From the NCBI GenBank assembly GCA_045046875.1, contig JASFYY010000083.1:1-63641 (forward strand): a stretch of 63,641 bases of DNA, in the 5' to 3' direction. The notes below the pieces were generated by a model that was not told the origin of the DNA, searched no databases, and saw nothing but the letters and a program-made list of their open reading frames with translations. The position numbers and the translations under genes are program-made. This document shows, piece after piece, positions 18,108 through 26,222 of the stretch (positions are counted from its first letter, which is position 1; the number at the start of each line of letters is the position of its first letter). The stretch is from Verrucomicrobiota bacterium (lineage in GTDB: Bacteria > Verrucomicrobiota > Verrucomicrobiia > Verrucomicrobiales > DEV007).

Positions 18108-19013
18108 ATGAATTATCCACGAATTTACGAACGCGTTTATTGTCAGGTTCATGCCATCACGGCAGAGCGTTTTAATGCTATACATTCGGTGTTATTTCCG
18201 AGATTGTTGGGAGGGGCGGATAGTTCGCTCGATGCTTTGATGTTGTCTGCGGGTGATGAGCAATATCGAGACAATAAGGAACGTTATTCTGGCAAGCGCT
18301 CTCAGCGTTGCGGAGCTGCTTACATGGGGCAGGGGCGAGTTGATGAAAATTTCTTTTCAATGGCTAAGCCTGGTGTGGCTGTGGTTCCTGTATATGGGGT
18401 TTTGGCGAAGAACCTTTCATCTTATGAAGAGTCCTGCGGTGGTGGGACGGATACCGCTCCGATTTCTCACGCGATCCAGCAGGCAACTGAGGCGGCGGGT
18501 GTTTCTGCGATTGTCCTGGACATTGATTCGCCTGGAGGTCAGGTCACGGGCATTACTGAACTTGGGCAGCGAATTCGAGCTGCGGCTGCAGTGAAGCCTG
18601 TTTATGCGTTTTCAGATGCGGGCTGCTACTCTGCTGCCTACTGGATTGCCAGCCAGGCAACGGAAATTTACGGCACTCGATCATCTGATTGGGGGAGTAT
18701 CGGCGTGCGTTCTGGCTGGCTTGATGAAACTATTGCGATGCAGTTGCGTGGCTTAAAATTGGAAACTTTTTCTGCTGGCAAATATAAGGCGGCCGGTATG
18801 CCTTTCCGTGGGCTCACAAAAGAGGATCGTGCGATGATCCAGGCAAAGGTGGATTTCCATTACGGTGAATTCACTTCTGCGATTCAATCGGTGCGCCCAA
18901 GTGTAGAAATGGATGCCATGCAGGGGCAAACTTTCACTGCCCCGGATGCGGTAGAAAATCACCTGATCGACGGATTAGTTGACGATTGGGAATCGTTCAT
19001 CTCCATGCTGTGA
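18108..19013 (+). CDS. S49 family prohead protease
   Basis: LDIDSPGG, YSAAYWIASQA, GSIGV, AGKYK, LIDG. Confidence 0.92.
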   Translation: MNYPRIYERVYCQVHAITAERFNAIHSVLFPRLLGGADSSLDALMLSAGDEQYRDNKERYSGKRSQRCGAAYMGQGRVDENFFSMAKPGVAVVPVYGVLAKNLSSYEESCGGGTDTAPISHAIQQATEAAGVSAIVLDIDSPGGQVTGITELGQRIRAAAAVKPVYAFSDAGCYSAAYWIASQATEIYGTRSSDWGSIGVRSGWLDETIAMQLRGLKLETFSAGKYKAAGMPFRGLTKEDRAMIQAKVDFHYGEFTSAIQSVRPSVEMDAMQGQTFTAPDAVENHLIDGLVDDWESFISML

Positions 19014-19062
19014 TTTGACAAAGTTAAAGCATTACAATTCCAAAACAAGATACTCAAACAAA

Positions 19063-19761
19063 ATGAAAATCACTTCTGAACAACGTCACCGGCTGGCTGC
19101 TCTTTACGCAAAAGGCGATTCACTGGATGCCTCTGAAACTGCAGAGCGTGCTTTTTTGGCTGGATTGGCTGGTGAAAAAACTGCCCTACAAATCAAAGGA
19201 GAGGCAGAAGATGGTGATGATGCCGGTGGCGATGATGATGCCGGTGGTGATGGCGATGATGGTAATGATGTCGGTGGTGGTGATGGCGATGATGGTAATG
19301 ATGCCGGTGGCGATGATGGCGATGATGCGCCGGGGGCGGTCACAGTCGGGCAGCGAATTTCTGCGATGGTGTCCAGTAATAAGGCTTTGGCTGGAAAGAT
19401 CGCTGCTGCAAATCAGCGGGCTGCGCAAGCGGTGGCTAATTTAACCTCTATGACTGATCGTGCAGAAACGGCGGAGGCTTCTTTGGAGCAACTTACAGGA
19501 AAGTTTGAGAAGGCTGAAACCACGATTGCTACCCTGCAGGCTGAAGCTAAGACTACTGATGAAGCTGTCACTCAAGCCCTGGCGGGATTGAATGTTCCGC
19601 GCTCAAAAATGCCTAAAGCTGGCGGAGGTGGATCTGCTGAGGCGAGTATTGAAAAGCTCAATGCTGAAATTGAAGCGGAGACCGATCCGGTTCGTAAAGG
19701 TCAACTTTCCCAACAAGCTTGGGATCTGATGAAGGCTCAAAGCGTGGCCGGAAAAAACTAA
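19063..19761 (+). CDS. Scaffold-like protein with Gly/Asp tandem repeats and a coiled coil
   Basis: Likely start MKITSEQ; GGDGDDGND repeats; between protease and capsid. Confidence 0.6.
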   Translation: MKITSEQRHRLAALYAKGDSLDASETAERAFLAGLAGEKTALQIKGEAEDGDDAGGDDDAGGDGDDGNDVGGGDGDDGNDAGGDDGDDAPGAVTVGQRISAMVSSNKALAGKIAAANQRAAQAVANLTSMTDRAETAEASLEQLTGKFEKAETTIATLQAEAKTTDEAVTQALAGLNVPRSKMPKAGGGGSAEASIEKLNAEIEAETDPVRKGQLSQQAWDLMKAQSVAGKN

Positions 19762-19820
19762 ATCGAACACTTCAAAAAAAAAGATCTCACTCAAAACAAA
19801 AGAAAAAAACAAGTAAACTC

Positions 19821-21164
19821 ATGAAAACTTTTCACCTCATTCTTTCTCTTTGCCTTTTCGCAGTCACCTGCTTGGTGGCTACCGTTCATGGTGCGCTACC
19901 TGCGGCCGCTTTGCTCTTCGTGGGAGGCCACGCGTTGACTTATGCTCATAACGTTCCTTCGGGAATTTTGAGTGTGACGCTTACGCCTACGATCTTGCTT
20001 CAGCAGACCGTTAGGCAGTTGTTCAATAAAGCGCCGGCGTTAAGCTTTTTCTCTAACGAATTCACTACGGAGCGTTTGAAAAAAGGGCAGCAAGTGATAG
20101 GCAAAATTCGTAAACGTCCGGTGGCGGCTGAATACGACGCTGGCAATGGAGGCTATGAAGCGGGGGCTCAGGATGGCAAAGATCTCTTGGTGGACGTCCC
20201 ATTCAAAATGGATAGCCACTTGCACGTAACTATAAGGCTTTCTCACCTCAACGCGATCTCTGACTCCATGAATAAAATGGAAGAGCACATCGAAGACAGC
20301 GCCTCAGTGATCGGCGAATCTGTGAGCCGCACGATTCTTGGCAACATTCGTTCTGGTGCGTTCGCTAACTCGACCATTTTTAGCGAGGCGAATAGTAATA
20401 AGGATATGCTGAATAAGATTCGCAAAAAAATGAATAAGCGATCTGTTGGATCGCCTCGTTTTGCGCTGGTTAATTCTGATGTAGCTGAGACTTTGTCCAA
20501 CGATCCTCGTATCGCGAATCGCTACGATGACAAGTCGAAAGATACAGATACTAATCCCTACACCACGTTGACCTCCCTCGCTGGGTTCAATACCATCCAG
20601 GAAGATCCTGCTTTGGATGCTCGGGTGACAACTCCGGTGAACTTGACCGCTGCTGCATCTGGCGATTTGATCACCACGGCCGCAGCTCATAATTTCCTTG
20701 TCGGAGACCGTGTGAAAATGCCTGCCTTGACCGGTGGTGCAGGATTGACCGCTGGCGATTACTACTTCGTGAAATCTGTGCCTTCTACCACGACTTTGAC
20801 CGTCTCTGCCACTCATGGAGGTGCGGTGGTGGACATCACGAGTGACGCTACAGTTGGAACCATTCAGCAAGCTGAAAACATCACTGGATTTTTCGCAACG
20901 CGGTCAGCTATCGCGATCAAGACCGGCTTGCCGATTGATTCTGTAGAGGCAGCTCAAGCTCTTGGCATCCCGGTTCCGGTCTCTTCTGAGGTCATCACTG
21001 ATCCGACCACTGGCCTGTCAATGATTGCTTACAAGTGGTTCAAAACTGGGCCGATGGATGCGTATATCACGCTTGCCTGCCTCTATGGCTCTACAGCAGG
21101 CGATCTCGTGGATGCTGTAGGTTTGGCTATGGGACCATCTGGTGAGATTCTTCGCTCTGAGTAA
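19821..21164 (+). CDS. Major capsid protein (P22 coat-like) with hydrophobic N-terminal leader and inserted beta-domain
   Basis: Position after the scaffold; KKGQQVIGKIRK, RFALVNSD, GFFATRSAIAI, ACLYG; likely start MKTFHLIL. Confidence 0.72.
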   Translation: MKTFHLILSLCLFAVTCLVATVHGALPAAALLFVGGHALTYAHNVPSGILSVTLTPTILLQQTVRQLFNKAPALSFFSNEFTTERLKKGQQVIGKIRKRPVAAEYDAGNGGYEAGAQDGKDLLVDVPFKMDSHLHVTIRLSHLNAISDSMNKMEEHIEDSASVIGESVSRTILGNIRSGAFANSTIFSEANSNKDMLNKIRKKMNKRSVGSPRFALVNSDVAETLSNDPRIANRYDDKSKDTDTNPYTTLTSLAGFNTIQEDPALDARVTTPVNLTAAASGDLITTAAAHNFLVGDRVKMPALTGGAGLTAGDYYFVKSVPSTTTLTVSATHGGAVVDITSDATVGTIQQAENITGFFATRSAIAIKTGLPIDSVEAAQALGIPVPVSSEVITDPTTGLSMIAYKWFKTGPMDAYITLACLYGSTAGDLVDAVGLAMGPSGEILRSE

Positions 21165-21210
21165 GCGAGGATCTGGACTGTAGGAAAAAAAATTGAAGCT
21201 AACTATTATT

Positions 21211-21696
21211 ATGAAGCAACTCCATTTAGCCATCGGGCACCGCACGAGTCAGAAAACAGATAAGCCATATGTTGTTTATTGTGGTGTGGATGCTGATCAG
21301 TGTAAGCGTGCCTCTGAGGCGATTCTGGAAGGCGGCCTGTTTGTCTTGGTGGATACTTATTCGCCCTCTGCCCCAGTGACTCGCTACGCTGATCCTAAGT
21401 TGATCGAAAAGATCACAAAAACAGAAGTTAAGCTGGCTCGTAAAAAGGCAAAGGCTGCGGCTAAAGTTGCTGAGGAAGCTGCTAAGGAGGCGGAACAGGC
21501 TGCGAAGGATGCTGAACAGACTGAGGGCGTTCCTGCACCTGGGGATGAATCCCCTGCTTCTGAAACGGCGGAAGGTGATGATCCTGCGAAGGATGAATCC
21601 CCTGCTTCTGAAACGGCGGAAGGTGATGATCCTGCGAAGGGTGAATCCCCTGCTGCTGCGAAAAAACCACCTAAAAAGAAAGCGGTAAAAAGCTGA
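21211..21696 (+). CDS. Post-capsid protein with low-complexity C-terminus
   Basis: Likely start MKQLHLAIG; 48-bp tandem repeat at 21544-21654 (DESPASETAEGDDPAK). Confidence 0.6.
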   Translation: MKQLHLAIGHRTSQKTDKPYVVYCGVDADQCKRASEAILEGGLFVLVDTYSPSAPVTRYADPKLIEKITKTEVKLARKKAKAAAKVAEEAAKEAEQAAKDAEQTEGVPAPGDESPASETAEGDDPAKDESPASETAEGDDPAKGESPAAAKKPPKKKAVKS

Positions 21697-21716
21697 TTTC
21701 TGGTGAACGAAAATTC

Positions 21717-21753
21717 AATGCCTGGTCAATTTTATATTGGCCAGGCATTTTTT
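21717..21753 (+). terminator. Intrinsic terminator after the head genes
   Basis: aatgcctggtcaat-tttat-attggccaggcatt followed by a T run. Confidence 0.8.
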
Positions 21754-21775
21754 GTTTTGACTTCTTTCGGTGACT

Positions 21776-22105
21776 ATGGATTCCACTGCTGAATTAGAAT
21801 TTTCCGAGCAAGCTCATGATGCTGGCCGGGCGTTGTGGCCAGGCACTATTCGTATTGCTGGCGTGGATTATCCTGCGGTGATCTCTCGTGGATCGGTGGA
21901 GATCAATCTTGATGGCCGCGCTGGCTTGGAACTGGTTCAAGGAATGACTGCTGAAGTGGCAAAATCTGATTTGCCGTTGTGTCCCGATCTCGATGCGGCA
22001 GTGAAGGATAAATCGGATGGGGAGATTTTCACGCTCTCCCGGACGGGTGGGCATGGTGTGGCGGACGCTGTATGGGTTTTGATTTGCGTGAAATTTGAAA
22101 AATAA
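21776..22105 (+). CDS. Head-tail joining protein (gpFII-like, by position)
   Basis: Beta-rich ~110 aa protein at the start of the neck genes. Confidence 0.55.
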   Translation: MDSTAELEFSEQAHDAGRALWPGTIRIAGVDYPAVISRGSVEINLDGRAGLELVQGMTAEVAKSDLPLCPDLDAAVKDKSDGEIFTLSRTGGHGVADAVWVLICVKFEK

Positions 22106-22111
22106 ATAAAG

Positions 22112-22675
22112 ATGACAACTAGAATTTTAGTAGCTGCGATACGCAGCACGGGCACTCAACCGGCAAAGCACTCCATTGTCGATTTGGGGGCGGTTTGGCT
22201 GACCGGTGGTGTGGATGAAGATTTGTTTTCTCAAAAATGCTCCGCATTCGATGGAGCTGTTTTTTCTGATCGTATCTCTGAGCTGACCGGAATAACGGAG
22301 GGTATGGCTACTGATCCGTATTGCCCAGATGAGGGGCAAGTAGTGGCCAAATTTGTTCATTGGGCAGGGGCAAAAAATGAACCTGTTATTCTGGCTGGGT
22401 TGCGTCCTGGGATGGTCAGGGCGTTTGTATTGGCTGCGGTGCGGCGTAACCAATCTAGCTTGCATCCTGGGGAGCTTCCTAAGTTTCACCCTCGCTGTCT
22501 GGACATGCATTCGTTGTTTGTTCGCTATTGCATGGCGAATGGCGTCCCGGTGCCTTCGCGGGGGTTTCATCCTAGTGAGATGTTTGCTCATTTTGATTTG
22601 CAGCCATCATCATTTTCGATGGATGCGGTCGATTCGGCTGAGTTGCAATGTGAGCTTATAAAAAAATTGATATGA
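22112..22675 (+). CDS. DnaQ/DEDDh 3'-5' exonuclease-fold protein with substituted catalytic residues
   Basis: ILVAAIRSTGTQPAKHSIVDLGAV, ELTGIT, ILAGLRPGMVRAF, RCLDMHSL match the DEDDh scaffold without the acidic residues. Confidence 0.7.
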   Translation: MTTRILVAAIRSTGTQPAKHSIVDLGAVWLTGGVDEDLFSQKCSAFDGAVFSDRISELTGITEGMATDPYCPDEGQVVAKFVHWAGAKNEPVILAGLRPGMVRAFVLAAVRRNQSSLHPGELPKFHPRCLDMHSLFVRYCMANGVPVPSRGFHPSEMFAHFDLQPSSFSMDAVDSAELQCELIKKLI

Positions 22676-23211
22676 TAAAACCTTTGAATGTATCCCGCTT
22701 CGAAGAGGGGTTGAAAAACTACGTTGCGGGGCGGATTGCTGCTGGCGGGGTCACAGTTCCGAGTGCGGTGGCTGAGGCGGCGGTAGTGCAAGTTGTGCCT
22801 GAAGTGATCACCGGCGTCACACTTGAAAAGCTTGAGGTTACGGTGCCGTCGGTTGCGGTGATCTCTTTGGATGTGCCTAAAGACGTTATTGGCGTCTATG
22901 CTGATCGAGTAAGAATACAAATCGTGGCCGTGACTCCGTGGCCTGTCGCTGGCATCACGCTAGAGGATCACCGAGCGTTGTTTGATGTCCTGATTGATTG
23001 TTTTCCGGAGCGGCCGCCTACCAATGCTGTCCCTGCGGATGTTACGGCCTGGGCTGCGCTTGAAGCTGAGTTTTCATCTGCGGTGCTTGCTGAGGCTGGT
23101 TATAAAATCCAAGGTTGGGCGGCCATCGGGGGCAAGCAGGCCAAGGGTAAGGATCGTGTTGAGCAGATTCTGGAGATACGCCCATGTATTGTGCATCCTG
23201 ATCTGGTTTGA
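22672..23211 (+). CDS. Tail terminator/completion-like protein (by position)
   Basis: Just before the tube-like genes; PSVAVIS, RVRIQIVAVT. Confidence 0.5.
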   Translation: MIKPLNVSRFEEGLKNYVAGRIAAGGVTVPSAVAEAAVVQVVPEVITGVTLEKLEVTVPSVAVISLDVPKDVIGVYADRVRIQIVAVTPWPVAGITLEDHRALFDVLIDCFPERPPTNAVPADVTAWAALEAEFSSAVLAEAGYKIQGWAAIGGKQAKGKDRVEQILEIRPCIVHPDLV

Positions 23212-23256
23212 CAAGCTTTCTAATAAAAGAGAATAAATCTCAACCACCAAAAGATC

Positions 23257-23586
23257 ATGGGAATCCATATTGGAGTTACAAATTTAGATGGCCATACTGC
23301 CCCAGCAACGGGAGCGGTTCAATCTCGCGAAAGCGAATCGACCGTGGGGAGTGAGGATGAGATGGGGCCAGATAGCAATTCTAAGTATTTTGTGCCTCAC
23401 AAATACTTTCGTAAAGAGGTAAGCATTTCAGGTGTCGGTGATGCCGAACTTGCGTTGGTGGTAGCTGCATCGGTGGCAAAAGGCGTATTGTCAATTTTGC
23501 GGGCGAAACAAACTGAATTTCAAAACTCGTTGCCTAAATTTGAGCGTTCGGGATTCCTTTTGGCGGACATTCCTCCTGTTGTTTAA
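23257..23586 (+). CDS. Small tail-tube-like protein, paralog A
   Basis: Beta-rich 109 aa; similar to the next gene. Confidence 0.55.
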   Translation: MGIHIGVTNLDGHTAPATGAVQSRESESTVGSEDEMGPDSNSKYFVPHKYFRKEVSISGVGDAELALVVAASVAKGVLSILRAKQTEFQNSLPKFERSGFLLADIPPVV

Positions 23587-23626
23587 TCTGCCTGACAATA
23601 CTAACCACAAATAACACACTCTAGTC

Positions 23627-23977
23627 ATGGCTATAAGCGTAACCGAAGTTGGCATCAAGCAAATCACAAACATTGCCTTGTTGGTGCAATCTGAAATCGA
23701 GCGATCGGTGGAAGAAACTGAACCTGTATTGAATTATGATGGCACTCTCAATGCTGAGGCTGCCGAATTGTTCAACCCGGCAATTGATTTTACTTTTCAG
23801 GGCAAGGGTGATCTTCCTGCGGGGCTTGCTTTGGCTACGGATGCGGGCTTTACTCACGCGGATTTAGCGGGTGGGGTCACGCTGTTGCTGCGGGTCAAGG
23901 ATGCTGAGCAAGCTGGCATCACTAATAACTGGGAGGTGTCGGGCAAAAACCGTCCAACTGCCTTGGTGGCGGCATAA
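23627..23977 (+). CDS. Small tail-tube-like protein, paralog B
   Basis: Beta-rich 116 aa; DFTFQGKGD, GVTLLLRVKDAE, WEVSG. Confidence 0.55.
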   Translation: MAISVTEVGIKQITNIALLVQSEIERSVEETEPVLNYDGTLNAEAAELFNPAIDFTFQGKGDLPAGLALATDAGFTHADLAGGVTLLLRVKDAEQAGITNNWEVSGKNRPTALVAA

Positions 23978-23980
23978 GTC

Positions 23981-24496
23981 ATGGCTGATGATTTGGGAAC
24001 GCCTGTGGTGCCAAGGGTCTTGGGCGAGGGCTCTACACCTGTTATCTGGAAAGGTAAGGAAAACCCGCTTACCGACTTTATGACGCGCTGTGCGTTTGCG
24101 GCGTTGACGAGTGGTTGTGATTTGATTAGCGACAAGGGTTTTCAACACACGGTCGCGGATGATGCTGAGACCGTCGCGGATCTGGATGCCAGTCGATCTG
24201 TGACTTGGATTTGGGACAATAACAAAACGGCTCACTTCGGCCCTGTGGCGGAAGAGACGATCAGCATCCAGGAATTCGAACGGCGTTTTATGTCTGATAC
24301 CTGGTATTTGGAAAATCCTGAGCATCCGATTTCTTACATGCGGGCGTTTCTCGAAAAATCGCGTGATGGATTTGGGAAAATTGCTTCTATCAAGCCTTCT
24401 CGCCGGGTTTGCCGGGATGACGCGGTGGCTACTGTGCCTCATGATGCCAGCGACGCGGAAATTGATGCTGTTTTTGAACAACTGAATGATAAATAA
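23981..24496 (+). CDS. Tail-region hypothetical protein
   Basis: ORF with WYLENPEHPISYMRAF, between the tube and chaperone genes. Confidence 0.6.
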   Translation: MADDLGTPVVPRVLGEGSTPVIWKGKENPLTDFMTRCAFAALTSGCDLISDKGFQHTVADDAETVADLDASRSVTWIWDNNKTAHFGPVAEETISIQEFERRFMSDTWYLENPEHPISYMRAFLEKSRDGFGKIASIKPSRRVCRDDAVATVPHDASDAEIDAVFEQLNDK

Positions 24497-24863
24497 AATG
24501 AATAAATCAAAACTAAAAACTAAAAAGAGCTTGTTGCGTGGAGTGTCGATCTGGTCGGTGTCTATGTTGCAGGAAATGGACTGTGCATCGCTTTTTGATG
24601 GTGTGGCGGACGGGGAACTCTCTGCTCGCGAAAAGAGTCGCCAGCTCGCGGCGCTGATCTGGGTGCATCATAAGTCCAGGAGCGAAGATGAGATCGAGGA
24701 TTTGGCGGCTTCTGGTAAGTGGCAGGAGGCGGTGAAATCTTTTCATCGTGATCCGCAGATGATCGATGCGCTACCTGAAGTTGATGGTATCATCGAGCGA
24801 GCGGCTGAGTTGCTGGGTCAGGCTACTGATGTGACTGATGAAGCTGGGCCCACGGAGGGCTAA
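24486..24863 (+). CDS. Tail assembly chaperone (gpG-like), short paralog
   Basis: Position before the tape measure; homologous to the N-terminal half of the next gene. Confidence 0.55.
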   Translation: MINKMNKSKLKTKKSLLRGVSIWSVSMLQEMDCASLFDGVADGELSAREKSRQLAALIWVHHKSRSEDEIEDLAASGKWQEAVKSFHRDPQMIDALPEVDGIIERAAELLGQATDVTDEAGPTEG

Positions 24864-25569
24864 GGTGGGCAAGCCTAGTAAGTTTACCCGGGATGCTTTA
24901 TTGCGGCGGGCTTTGCTGTTGCCTGACAATCCGACTTTCGGCAAGATCCGCTTGCGTCCGTTCACTCTTTGGACTCTTGATCTTTGCGATGAGCTGGGTT
25001 TGGATTTCTTTGTGAAGAGGAGCGAGGGTGAACCCTCTACGGATGATCGTATGTTTCAAATATGCGCGTTGTTGTGGTTCCATGACTGTGCAGTTGAAGA
25101 GGACGGCTTGGATGGGTGCTTGATGAATGGATCTTGGCGTGCTGAGGTGGAGGCTTATCAGCGGAATGTGGATCTCGCGGAGCATTTCTCTGATTTGATG
25201 GATTACATCTCTTTTTTTTCGCAGCTTGTTCACGCGGCATCGGTGCGAGTAAAGAAGCGTCCGAAAAAGGCTGGCGAGAAAATCGAAAAAGAGCCGTCGG
25301 CGGTGATCGAGCCTGGTAATACTTTTGCGTTGATCTGGACGCTCACCGGTGGGCAACTTCAGAGCTGCGAGCAAGAGCATTTTCTCTATCGACAGTTACC
25401 TCTCCCCCGCTTGCTACAATACTACCACTGTGCGCTTCGTGAGGCGCTTGTTTGGACGGTGCCAACGAAGCGGAAGGCAGACGGAAAGCAGTTACAGGCG
25501 GCGAAATTAGCTCGTAAAAAAATGGCTAAAGCGAGTCAGGATCTCGCGGCGGTTACTGACTTTCTTTGA
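24838..25569 (+). CDS. Tail assembly chaperone, long paralog (gpGT-like); start may be GTG 24865
   Basis: N-terminal half homologous to the previous gene; C-terminal FLYRQLPLPRLLQYYH segment in the gpT-like position. Confidence 0.55.
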   Translation: MKLGPRRAKVGKPSKFTRDALLRRALLLPDNPTFGKIRLRPFTLWTLDLCDELGLDFFVKRSEGEPSTDDRMFQICALLWFHDCAVEEDGLDGCLMNGSWRAEVEAYQRNVDLAEHFSDLMDYISFFSQLVHAASVRVKKRPKKAGEKIEKEPSAVIEPGNTFALIWTLTGGQLQSCEQEHFLYRQLPLPRLLQYYHCALREALVWTVPTKRKADGKQLQAAKLARKKMAKASQDLAAVTDFL

Positions 25570-25585
25570 CTTGTGATTTATTGAT

Positions 25586-26218
25586 ATGCTTTTTGTTTCT
25601 ACAGCGAATTTGCAGCGTTCGGGCGAACTTTTGTTGTCCGGCTTTGCGCGTGGCAGCGAATCGGTGTTGGGCGAAGTGATGAGCGAGGCGTCTTTGCAGG
25701 CGGCCTTGGTGACTCCTCCTGGATCACCTTCTGTCCAGGGTAATTCTGCTTTAGAGCGAGGAAAAAGGGCGGTCACCGCTAATGTGTTATCGGTGGTGCG
25801 TCCAATACGCGGGGCAGTTTCAACGGTCAGCACGGCGGGCGTCGTGCGTGCGCATCGGCGGGGTGGCCGCACGCGGCGGCGAACGCGTCGCCTTGTAGTT
25901 TCTGCTGCTGACTTCGAGAGCTACATTGCGGATAAACATCGTGCTGTTGGTTATACGGCTGGCGGCTGGGCTGCAGGTGTTGCCTTGGGTTCCTCCAGCT
26001 TGCCGGATTGGATGAATGATGCTTCCGGCCCGGGTAGCGTAACGGTGCGAGTGGCTGGGGATCTTGTCGTGATCGAGGTGAAAAATGAAGTCTCTTGGAT
26101 TTCTGATCTCGCAGGTATGGCTGAGCGGCTGGCAACGGTCATGACGGGGGCTGAAGAGGGTTTGACCTCTCGGTTGATAGATATGCTGGATCAGCAGGCG
26201 CGAGCTACAGGTTTTTAG
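25586..26218 (+). CDS. Neck/minor tail protein (HK97 gp10-like, tentative)
   Basis: TPP, VGYTAGGW and EVKNEVSW motifs; position. Confidence 0.5.
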   Translation: MLFVSTANLQRSGELLLSGFARGSESVLGEVMSEASLQAALVTPPGSPSVQGNSALERGKRAVTANVLSVVRPIRGAVSTVSTAGVVRAHRRGGRTRRRTRRLVVSAADFESYIADKHRAVGYTAGGWAAGVALGSSSLPDWMNDASGPGSVTVRVAGDLVVIEVKNEVSWISDLAGMAERLATVMTGAEEGLTSRLIDMLDQQARATGF

Positions 26219-26222
26219 TGTT

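Noticed and set aside
19210..19330. Gly/Asp repeats in the scaffold gene (and the 48-bp repeat at 21544-21654) as regulatory arrays
   Set aside because: In-frame low-complexity linker expansions; no evidence of another role.
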